A stretch of DNA of 64,000 nt from a virus. The translations under genes and the position numbers were made by a program. Of this stretch, positions 18,609 through 25,700 are shown one piece after another; the stretch's first letter is position 1; every line of letters begins with the position of its first letter. The notes under the pieces are model-generated. The model was not told the DNA's origin, searched no databases, and saw nothing but the letters and a program-made list of their open reading frames with translations. The stretch lies in the IMG/VR virus record IMGVR_UViG_3300026078_000024, positions 1-64,000 of that record; one strand, written 5' to 3'.

Positions 18609-18745
18609 TACCCCCGGCCGGATTCGAACCGGCGCGGTCACGGCGGAATGCCGAGACGATCCCGGCTGCCGTGCCATGGGAGGGGCCTGGCGTTCCTCTC
18701 CCGTCCCGTTGTTAGGCGGCGCTCTGACCACTGAGCTACGGGGGC
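18609..18745 (-). ncRNA. 137-nt tRNA-shaped RNA: canonical acceptor, D and T arms, with an ~86-nt structured domain replacing the anticodon/variable arms
   Basis: GCCCCCG TA GCTC AGTGGTCA GAGC G [86 nt] GCCGG TTCGAAT CCGGC CGGGGGT A. Confidence 0.75.
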
Positions 18746-18746
18746 A

Positions 18747-18970
18747 TGGTGGGCGCTCTTGTCGGCGTGCGCCCGTCGGCCGTCCGGCGCGGGAGTCGGG
18801 AACCTCCCCGTATCTTCGAGACGGTTCGACCATACACCGGGCCGGGCCGAACCTGCGGAACGGGTCCGAGCCGGGGCGTGGCTGGCGTCTCCCGGGTTTT
18901 CACCCGGAGTTGGACCGGTTGTATCAACCCTGCCCTGCGCGGCCTGGAGACGGCCGCACAGAGGATCCGG
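18747..18970 (-). ncRNA. Putative structured RNA ending in ACCA directly upstream of the tRNA-shaped RNA
   Basis: Series of hairpins (CTCTGTGCGGCC/GGCCGCGCAGGG; GGTTG/CAACC; CCGGGT-GAAA-ACCCGG; GGGAG-GTTCCCGA-CTCCC; GGGCGC/GCGCCC-ACCA); no credible ORF. Confidence 0.5.
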
Positions 18971-18972
18971 AT

Positions 18973-19071
18973 CTAGTACGGAAGTCGGATCTTGCCGGAA
19001 GGGGACCGGTGGTCCTCGGGGACCGGTTCGGACGGTCGGCGGGTCTGTGTCTGGACCTTGACCTGTTTCAT
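18973..19071 (-). CDS. 32-aa peptide MKQVKVQTQTRRPSEPVPEDHRSPSGKIRLPY
   Basis: RBS AAGGAAG plus GATCATG; overlaps the upstream stop; below the ORF-track cutoff. Confidence 0.5.
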   Translation of the reverse strand: MKQVKVQTQTRRPSEPVPEDHRSPSGKIRLPY

Positions 19072-19339
19072 GATCTCTTCCTTCCGACCACCCGGTCCCT
19101 CTTGGGGATCGAGTCGGCATAGATCACATCCGACGCGGCGGGAGCTTCGAGGGCGAGCTTATGCGCCAGGCGGAACCGGCCGCGCGCGACCGCCCAGTAG
19201 TACTCGCCCTCGACCAGAGAGAAATTCCGGTAGTACCGGGGACCGGGTTCGCCGGGGTCCCTCTCGAACCACCGGCGCCGGTATCGGCGAAACATGATCA
19301 TCACCTAGATCCCGGATCTCGGTCACCCGCGAGCGGGTC

Positions 19340-19675
19340 TCACGCATGACCAAGATCCCCTCTTTGGAGGTATTCGCGGTAGGTCATCGTGCAGTCCGGG
19401 GACCCTTCGCACATCGATCCGTACGTAAGATCATCCGGGTTGAAGACGTGCTCATGATCCGATTTCCGGACCATGGTCCATGCCCGCGAGTACTCCGCCA
19501 CCGGTGTCAACGCGACCTTGAGGACGTACCGGGTGCCGTACTCCCCGTGGTGCCCGTCCTTGATCGCCTTACCGGCCGATTCGGGGGAGACGTACTCCGT
19601 GGGCGTCTCCTCGTCGGCAGGTTCGATCCGGTGCGGGGACTCCGAGACGATGTAGGTCTGGTGAACCGTTTCCAT
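19340..19675 (-). CDS. Hypothetical protein
   Basis: METVHQTY...; TGATCATG coupling. Confidence 0.6.
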   Translation of the reverse strand: METVHQTYIVSESPHRIEPADEETPTEYVSPESAGKAIKDGHHGEYGTRYVLKVALTPVAEYSRAWTMVRKSDHEHVFNPDDLTYGSMCEGSPDCTMTYREYLQRGDLGHA

Positions 19676-19889
19676 GATCACGCCGCCTTCTCGACCGGCG
19701 GCTGACCGGTCCACAGGAGTTCGTCGATCGACCCGTCCAGGTTCGGGCTGTAGTCGATCAAGTGAGTGAACGGCTGGAGAACAACGATCTCCAGGATCGC
19801 CACTGCCTGCTCGCGCCGGTCGGTTTCTGCCAGTACGCGGGTGGACGGCGTGGTCGACACGTCGCGGTAGATGATCGAGTACGTCATGA

Positions 19890-20372
19890 TCACTTCTCCT
19901 CGTTGAGTGCGTACGGGGTGGGCAGGTAGGGCACCGGCGCGTCGGGGTCGTACTGGCTTTCCAGCCATGCGCCCCATTCCTCGTCGAGGGCGTCGGCGGT
20001 GGGTTCCCCGAGACCGTCGGGGGCGGAGAACGATCCGACCGGGTCGTCCCATTCGGTGACCGAGGGGACGACCACGGGGGAGGCGTCCGGGCGCGGCACC
20101 CGGAACCGGCCGGATGCGTTCGCGACGCGGTACGCGTACAGGCGGTCGAACCGGAACGTCCGGTACTCGCGCGTCCGGCGGTCCATGGCCCGGAAGTACG
20201 GGTGCTTCACGCCGGTGTCCGCGCCCTGCACGACGAACGGCTCCACGACACGGACCGTGCGGGATCCGTCGGCCTTCTCGTAGTCGATCGTGACCGGTCG
20301 GCCGAGGATCATGGCAACGGTGACGTCTGCCTCGGTCGTCGTCGCGTTCGTGTTCCTGATCATTTCATCCAC
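19890..20372 (-). CDS. Stand-alone WYL-domain protein
   Basis: VTIDYEKADGSRTVRVVEP...YFRAMDRRTREYRTFRFDRL. Confidence 0.85.
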   Translation of the reverse strand: MDEMIRNTNATTTEADVTVAMILGRPVTIDYEKADGSRTVRVVEPFVVQGADTGVKHPYFRAMDRRTREYRTFRFDRLYAYRVANASGRFRVPRPDASPVVVPSVTEWDDPVGSFSAPDGLGEPTADALDEEWGAWLESQYDPDAPVPYLPTPYALNEEK

Positions 20373-20453
20373 TCCTATCCGGGGAGGTGGTTCGGGTTGA
20401 TCACCCGTGGCCGGGGACCGGACCCGAAGGATCCGGCCCCCACCATGCTGTGA

Positions 20454-21647
20454 TCAGCTCTCGCGCCCGGAGACGTTGCCGAATCCGGCCGCTACGAGGG
20501 CGTCCGCGTCCATCTCGTACGCCCTGTCCGCGTCGATCTCGGGGGACTGGCTGTACGCGGTGATCGCGTTGACGAGGCCACCGCGCGTGCGGTCGCCTCC
20601 GTCCATGAACGCGGCCAGGAGACCCTTCGCGTCGGCCTTGGTGAAGGCCGGGCGGGTGGTGATCTCCGTGATCGTCTTCTCCACGTCGTCGATCGTCTCG
20701 TCCGACCCGGCTTCCAGCTGCCGGAGGACCCGGTTGAGGTAACCGGCGTCGAGGAAGGTGTCCATGGCGTCCTTGACCTGAGACGCGACGAGCTGGAGGT
20801 TCAGCCGCCGGGTCTCGTCACTGATCTTGGTCAGACCCTCGTCCAGCTTGCTGCCGAGGTGGGTCTTCCGGATCATGTCCTTCTTGATCGTCAGACCGTT
20901 GGTGCAGATCTGGACGACCAGCTCCGGGGTGATCGTGAACGCCCCGCCCCCGGTCTCGGAGTTGGAGATCACGATCCCCGCCTCCACGACCGGGTTGTCC
21001 GCTCCGCGCGCCCCGCCGTAGGGAGAGACGTAGTTGTGGAGGAGACCCGGGGCGAGGGCGGTGATCTCGGGGACCGACACCCGGAGGTACATCCGGTCGT
21101 CGGTGAGGTCCGCCTGCCGGACCACGTGCCCGTCAAACCCTGCGGCCGACAGACCCTTGATCACGGTCCAGAGAACGTCCCAGTTGTCGATGGGGCGGTA
21201 GGAGTCGGACAGGATCGCACGGGCGTAACCGTTCTGACCCGGCACGACCGGGGAGAACGTCCGCACGAAGAAGTTGCGCGAGTCGGGGTCCGCCTCGACC
21301 CCTCCGCCGGTGTGGCCGTGCAAGAGACCGTTGTAGACCGAGTCGACGATGTCCACCCGGCCGGTGTCGCGCAGGCCACGGATGAACTTCTGGCCGAGGG
21401 GACGACCGGGGGTGTAGAGCTTGCTGACCATGCCCGTGTCGAACACGCGCGACGGGGTGAGGGTCAGGTGACCGTCCTTCACGTCGTTGTCCGTGATGAC
21501 CGGGTCCCCGTAGCCGGAGAGGACGACGTTCCCGTTGTGGGACCACAGCTTGGACGCGGGGACGACGAGGTCGACCTTGTGCTCCTGCTGCTCCTGAAGC
21601 TCGTTCGCGAGATCTTCGAGGGTGCCCTTGCGGATCGTGAGCTGCAT
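20454..21647 (-). CDS. DUF932/DUF945-like phage protein
   Basis: RAILSDSYRPIDN...GIVISNSETGGG...VQICTNGL...GLVNAITAYSQ. Confidence 0.75.
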   Translation of the reverse strand: MQLTIRKGTLEDLANELQEQQEHKVDLVVPASKLWSHNGNVVLSGYGDPVITDNDVKDGHLTLTPSRVFDTGMVSKLYTPGRPLGQKFIRGLRDTGRVDIVDSVYNGLLHGHTGGGVEADPDSRNFFVRTFSPVVPGQNGYARAILSDSYRPIDNWDVLWTVIKGLSAAGFDGHVVRQADLTDDRMYLRVSVPEITALAPGLLHNYVSPYGGARGADNPVVEAGIVISNSETGGGAFTITPELVVQICTNGLTIKKDMIRKTHLGSKLDEGLTKISDETRRLNLQLVASQVKDAMDTFLDAGYLNRVLRQLEAGSDETIDDVEKTITEITTRPAFTKADAKGLLAAFMDGGDRTRGGLVNAITAYSQSPEIDADRAYEMDADALVAAGFGNVSGRES

Positions 21648-21659
21648 GATCGTGTCCTT

Positions 21660-21823
21660 TCACTGATCTTGCCGGGTGGTTGGCCACCGGTCGGAAGCGA
21701 GTCGGTGTTGCGGGTCGCATGTCCGGCCGGTGGGTCTTGCTGACGCGGGCCCCGGGGGTCTTCCCGCCCGTGGGCCCGTGTCTCGTGCCCGGGGGAGGTT
21801 CGACCCTCCCCCGGGCTGAGCAA
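21660..21823 (-). ncRNA. Structured intergenic RNA / 5' UTR (three-way junction plus long hairpin)
   Basis: TTGCT...AGCAA closing GCCCGGGGGAGG-GTCGAA-CCTCCCCCGGGC and GACACGGGCCC/GGGCCCGCGTC; then CCACCGGCCGGA/TCCGACCGGTGG. Confidence 0.55.
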
Positions 21824-22017
21824 TCAGCGCTTGCTCTGGCGCTTCCGGCGAGGCGCCGGGTCGAACATCTTGAGGAAGGTCGTGACCGGCATGGACGCGG
21901 GTCCTCCGGGGGTGATCAGTGCAACGGAGATCCCGTCGTACGACCGGACCCACACATGATCATGTGGGGGAAGGTGGCGCCGGTAGCGTTCGCCCACGGT
22001 CACCTGAAGATCGTCGT

Positions 22018-22263
22018 TCATGATCCGGCCCCCAGGGAGAACCGGGGCGTGTACGTCGCCTTCGCGGAGTTGTACCCGCGTTCCCATCCGTCGTTCCATT
22101 CGGCGCTCTCGACCACCCGGAGCAGCTTGATCGCGTCCTCGTAGGACTCACCCGCGTCGTGCAGGACCGAGATGATGAAGTCCCGGGCGGCCTCCCGGTC
22201 CTCCTTGGACGGCGCCTCTGCCGCGCGGTAGTTCTTGATCGCTTGCATTGCCTTGGCGTTCAT
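22018..22263 (-). CDS. Hypothetical protein
   Basis: Preceded by the repeated start cassette CACAGGAGCCGATCATG. Confidence 0.65.
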   Translation of the reverse strand: MNAKAMQAIKNYRAAEAPSKEDREAARDFIISVLHDAGESYEDAIKLLRVVESAEWNDGWERGYNSAKATYTPRFSLGAGS

Positions 22264-22283
22264 GATCGGCTCCTGTGCCCGTC

Positions 22284-22502
22284 TCAGATGATGATTCCGG
22301 CGTTCGCGAAGAACCGGGCCCGGTCGAAACCGGCCGGGTTGTCGTCCTCGAACGCGTCGGCGAGCTTGACGGCGATGTCCCGGATCGTTTCGAGCGACGC
22401 GTGGACCTCGTTCTCCGTCCACGTCTCGCGGTTCGAATCGATCTTCTCGATCTCGTCCGCGAGGACGTCGGCCGTGGCGGTGTATGCCTTGACTGATCGC
22501 AT
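22284..22502 (-). CDS. Hypothetical protein
   Basis: ...LADAFEDDNPAGFDRARFFANAG motif; operon packing. Confidence 0.65.
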   Translation of the reverse strand: MRSVKAYTATADVLADEIEKIDSNRETWTENEVHASLETIRDIAVKLADAFEDDNPAGFDRARFFANAGIII

Positions 22503-22677
22503 GATCAGCTCCCGGGGTGGTACGTGACGATGATCAAGGCGACCAGAGAGATGATCGCCATGCCGAACCGGTACGCGCACTGCACGTAGTACCGGCGATC
22601 ACTGATGTGCTGCCGCCGGGCCTTGCGCCCGGCGGCCTTGCGGGTCTTGGTCAAGGTGGTCATGACGCGTGGTCCAC

Positions 22678-22857
22678 TCACGTGAGGTTGAAGCGCTTGA
22701 CGCTGGTGAGTTGCTGGCGCTCCGAGAAGGTCAACTCTGATTCGCGCTGGCCGGAACCCTCGGCCTGGACGACGGCCTCGACGGTCTGTCCGTCGACCCC
22801 GAGACGGGTGAGGGTGTCGGTGAGGCGTCGACTGAAGTCGTTGCTGCGAGTGCTCAT
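22678..22857 (-). CDS. Hypothetical protein
   Basis: Preceded by the start cassette. Confidence 0.6.
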   Translation of the reverse strand: MSTRSNDFSRRLTDTLTRLGVDGQTVEAVVQAEGSGQRESELTFSERQQLTSVKRFNLT

Positions 22858-23004
22858 GATCGGCTCCTGTGTCCGTATCTGCGGGTGGGTGATGATGCCA
22901 GCCACGCGGCCCGACTCGAACAGGGGCCGTACTCAAACGTGGACCAGATCAATGGCAACGCGCGCATCCTCGAACGGGCCGGAACCCGTTCTCCGCTGTA
23001 GCGC

Positions 23005-23077
23005 GTGGCTGGCATCATCAGGACCGGGGCACCACCCCCGGCCGACGGCAGGCCCTCCCGGGCGGCCGTTTCGCCAT
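23005..23077 (-). ncRNA. Type II hammerhead ribozyme, copy A (predicted GUC cleavage between 23044 and 23043)
   Basis: UGGC GAAA CGGC..GCCG UC^ GGCCGGGG GUGGUG CCCCGGUC CUGAUGA U GCCA GCCAC: full core, three stems, loop I GUGGU pairs with the 3' tail GCCAC. Confidence 0.85.
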
Positions 23078-23079
23078 GA

Positions 23080-23283
23080 TCATTCGTGCCACACCATGTA
23101 GATCAACATGGGCCGCTCCGCCCCGGGGCGGAACACGCTCGCCATGTAAAACGCCCGGTCCCACAGGCGGCGGACGACGTATCCGCCTCCTTCGGAACCG
23201 TCGATGATGCCGTCCGCAAGCGCCGGGTCGATCTCGCGGATCTCGCCGGTCCGGACCACGGTTTCCGTCACGGTTGCGTTCAT
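23080..23283 (-). CDS. Small hypothetical protein between the two hammerheads
   Basis: RBS GGAGGAG plus GATCATG; stop immediately precedes hammerhead A. Confidence 0.7.
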   Translation of the reverse strand: MNATVTETVVRTGEIREIDPALADGIIDGSEGGGYVVRRLWDRAFYMASVFRPGAERPMLIYMVWHE

Positions 23284-23342
23284 GATCGTCTCCTCCACTG
23301 ATGATCCGTGGCCACGGCCCCGAAGGGCCGGACCAAAGATGA

Positions 23343-23579
23343 TCAGAAGTTCTTGCTCACCAGGCGCCACGAGTTGCGGTGGATCGCCAGGGCCGCCGTG
23401 TTCTCCGCGAACTGCCGGTCGTCCGTCTCGACCTTGATCAGTTCGTCGGTCTTACCGGCGACCAGGTGGAAGATCTCGACGGTGAAGATCTCTGCGGTGA
23501 GGGTGCCGTGCTCGTCGATGTCCTCGCGGCCCTGTTCGGTGAGACCCTCGTAGTACAGGTTCAGGTCGTAGTCGTTCAT
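23343..23579 (-). CDS. Small acidic hypothetical protein between the two hammerheads
   Basis: Start cassette directly follows hammerhead B. Confidence 0.7.
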   Translation of the reverse strand: MNDYDLNLYYEGLTEQGREDIDEHGTLTAEIFTVEIFHLVAGKTDELIKVETDDRQFAENTAALAIHRNSWRLVSKNF

Positions 23580-23606
23580 GATCGGCTCCTGTGTCCGTAT
23601 CGGTTC

Positions 23607-23677
23607 GGCTGGCATCATCAGGACCGGGGCACCACCCCCGGTCGACGGCAGGCCCTCCCGGGCGGCCGTTTCGCCGT
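23607..23677 (-). ncRNA. Type II hammerhead ribozyme, copy B (predicted GUC cleavage between 23644 and 23643)
   Basis: CGGC GAAA CGGC..GCCG UC^ GACCGGGG GUGGUG CCCCGGUC CUGAUGA U GCC; two substitutions relative to copy A. Confidence 0.8.
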
Positions 23678-23679
23678 GA

Positions 23680-23877
23680 TCATTCGTCGTAGTCGCCCGT
23701 CATGGCCCCGACCCACTCGGTGGCGTCCATGCCGTCCAGGGTGGGGAACCCGTCATCGTTCACGAAGTCGAGCGTCGTGAGCTGGATACCGGCGTCGGCC
23801 GCCTTGGTGATCAATGCGTACACCTTGGCCTGGAACTCGGGGGTTTCGTTCTCGATGTGAAACACGGTGTGCGCCAT
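23680..23877 (-). CDS. Small hypothetical protein
   Basis: RBS GAAAGG, GATCATG; stop immediately precedes hammerhead B. Confidence 0.65.
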   Translation of the reverse strand: MAHTVFHIENETPEFQAKVYALITKAADAGIQLTTLDFVNDDGFPTLDGMDATEWVGAMTGDYDE

Positions 23878-24041
23878 GATCGTTCACCTTTCCGTTTTGG
23901 TCTTGGACGGTCCGTACGATGCGGCCAGAACGATCAGTTCGGACGCGATCTCGTCTGTCGGTGCCATGTTGCACGCGGCTTCGCATGTGAAGACCGTGAT
24001 CGTGAACTGGCGGATCTCGTTGATCTCTTCCGGGGTGCGCA

Positions 24042-24230
24042 TCAGACCGCCTTGAATTCGATCATGTCTGCGTTCCGGTGGGTCTCACGGATCTTGCGGA
24101 GTAGCGCATCGGCCGCCCTCTGCTCGGACGACGCTCGGACCGTGGCGACCCTGCGCCGGACATCTCCGGGGGCCCATTCGGGGTCGGGGCGGTAGTCGAG
24201 GGTTACGCGGTAGTTGAACTGGATTCGCAT
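24042..24230 (-). CDS. First ORF of the early operon, hypothetical
   Basis: Preceded by the start cassette. Confidence 0.6.
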   Translation of the reverse strand: MRIQFNYRVTLDYRPDPEWAPGDVRRRVATVRASSEQRAADALLRKIRETHRNADMIEFKAV

Positions 24231-24317
24231 GATCGGCTCCTGTGTCCGTCTCGTGCTCGTGCATGGGGAGATCCACCGGCTTCCCCGTTCGAGATACGGT
24301 CGCGGCCGGTGGATCAG

Positions 24318-24778
24318 TAGCAACGGCGGGGATCGAACCCGCTAGACGCCTCTCGGTCCCCGGTTCCCCCGGGTGTTTATCGTCTCGCTGCCATGTGCGC
24401 CGGGTGTTTAACCGCAGACCCGGCGAAAGCGTTTGGTCCGTCAGTCACGCGATCAACGCGTGCATGTGATGACGGAATGTCGGTCCGATCCGCCGTTTGG
24501 GTTTCCGCCTCCGCCATCTGCCTTGATCTCTCAGCGCCGGTATGGCGGTGGTTTGTGATCAAGACCGTCCGGGTTCGATTCGGTCCGTCCCATTGGATCT
24601 TCCGGGATTTTTGGGGGCCCCCGGTGGGGCCGTCATCCCCGCATTGCAGCTCTTCGATCAGTCTCCCGACGATCAAGGCGGTGGGTTGTCTGCCTTCTTA
24701 GAAGATCACCCGCCGTGGTGGCCGGTGCGACGTCCGGTTTAAGATCACCGGGGCCGATCTTCCGTCGTTCTTTGGTAC
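24318..24778 (-). ncRNA. Putative ~460-nt structured RNA with a pseudoknot and a 3' tRNA-like module (24318-24392)
   Basis: Begins just after a consensus promoter; no RBS-supported ORF; ends GGCAGCG [..] GCGGG TTCGATC CCCGC CGTTGCT A. Confidence 0.65.
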
Positions 24779-24784
24779 ATCTCA

Positions 24785-24813
24785 AACATACGGCCGCTGG
24801 GGGCCCATGTCAA
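24785..24813 (-). promoter_or_regulatory. Strong sigma70/HrdB-type promoter
   Basis: TTGACA-N17-TATGTT, with a relatively AT-rich stretch upstream. Confidence 0.85.
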
Positions 24814-24881
24814 ATGTTGAGAACCCCCTCTGACCTGCGAAGACAAAAGTCAATACAATCAATTTCTGCGTGTCCACGGTC

Positions 24882-24910
24882 AAGAAAACGGGCCCCCGAG
24901 AGGGCCCGTC
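24882..24910 (-). terminator. Intrinsic terminator insulating the early promoter
   Basis: GACGGGCCC-TCTCGG-GGGCCCGTT followed by TTCTT. Confidence 0.75.
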
Positions 24911-24962
24911 GTTACCAATCTGTTATGAACCTTTTTCTGATCAAGCGCTGACCTGCGGTGCT

Positions 24963-25370
24963 TCACCTCCTACGCGCGCGCGTACGTCCGCGTTCCATCA
25001 CCTTGGCCTCGGTTCTCGTGATCCTCAGAGACCGGACGGCCGCCGCGACGGCCACGGAGCACACCGCCGTGGCGATCAAGAGCGTCTCGATCATGGGGAC
25101 GATCATCACGAGAATGACCGCGAAGATCCCGGCGATGATCGTGAACCCGAGGTACAAGATCATGTACGGGGTGTACTTCGCGAGGGGATCCGGCGGAGGC
25201 GCCACCGGCGCCGGACGCGGCGCCTCGTTGATCGTGATGTTGATGATCGGTCGGCCGCTCTCGACGGCGCGGCGGACTTGATCGCCTTTGAGGTACTCGA
25301 CAAGATCCGGGAGCCGCTCGCGGTACAGCTCCACCGCGTGATCGTTTTCCCGTCCGTCTGCCATGGTCAT
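24963..25370 (-). CDS. Membrane protein (2 TM), possibly Spd-like
   Basis: Long hydrophobic segments, RBS GAGGAG; adjacent to traB. Confidence 0.7.
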   Translation of the reverse strand: MTMADGRENDHAVELYRERLPDLVEYLKGDQVRRAVESGRPIINITINEAPRPAPVAPPPDPLAKYTPYMILYLGFTIIAGIFAVILVMIVPMIETLLIATAVCSVAVAAAVRSLRITRTEAKVMERGRTRARRR

Positions 25371-25465
25371 CTCCTCGTTTCCGGCAGTGAGTGAAGATCT
25401 GAGAGAGCCCAGGTGGGAGGAGGTTCACTGGTCGGTTCACTCCGGGGTCTCACTGGCCATTCACA

Positions 25466-25700
25466 GTTATGCAGAATCATGTTGTACGGCGTAAGCGTTG
25501 ATCCGAATGATCAAGCGCTGACCTGCGAAAACTCTTTTGATCTTAGGGGTGGACCACTTATACCTTGGACCCTAAACGATCTCGTTAGCGGGGCGTACAG
25601 AGGTTTTCTCACCCTACGTGTTGGTAACTTCTCTTATTCTTACGCTGGGCAACCGGATAACCGGTCGGATGGCTGCATAACCATCCGACCGGCGTTGATC
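25466..25700. repeat. ~235-bp non-coding direct repeat, copy 1 (partner 38671-38905)
   Basis: Ungapped offset 13205; identical blocks of 21 bp (25574-25594) and 41 bp (25598-25638); terminal 12-bp hairpin. Confidence 0.9.

Larger units (their letters stand above)
22261..24249 (-). repeat. Four copies of the start-associated cassette ACGG(A/G)CACAGGAGCCGATCATG
   Basis: Plus-strand catgatcggctcctgtg(t/c)ccgt at 22261, 22855, 23577, 24228; each ends in the ATG of a small ORF. Confidence 0.9.

Noticed and set aside
18609-18745. tmRNA or intron-containing tRNA
   Set aside because: It has a full D stem and is far too short for tmRNA or a self-splicing intron; removing a segment does not restore a 5-bp anticodon stem that I can see
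22890-22908. Plus-strand hammerhead
   Set aside because: The core reads GTGATGA (C3 missing) and there is no matching GAAA or stems; kept only as an antisense element
23298-23346. CTGATGA on the plus strand as a third hammerhead
   Set aside because: No GAAA-stem III-NUH arrangement; better explained as the UUCG hairpin on the minus strand
22261-24249. CRISPR array
   Set aside because: Repeats are hundreds of bases apart, separated by ORFs, and end in RBS-ATG; no cas genes. The Cas4-like nuclease at 42491-44944 sits in a recombination operon
25466-25500. dif/Xer site within the long repeat
   Set aside because: Only short TTATG/GCATAA matches; no convincing 11-6-11 arrangement by eye
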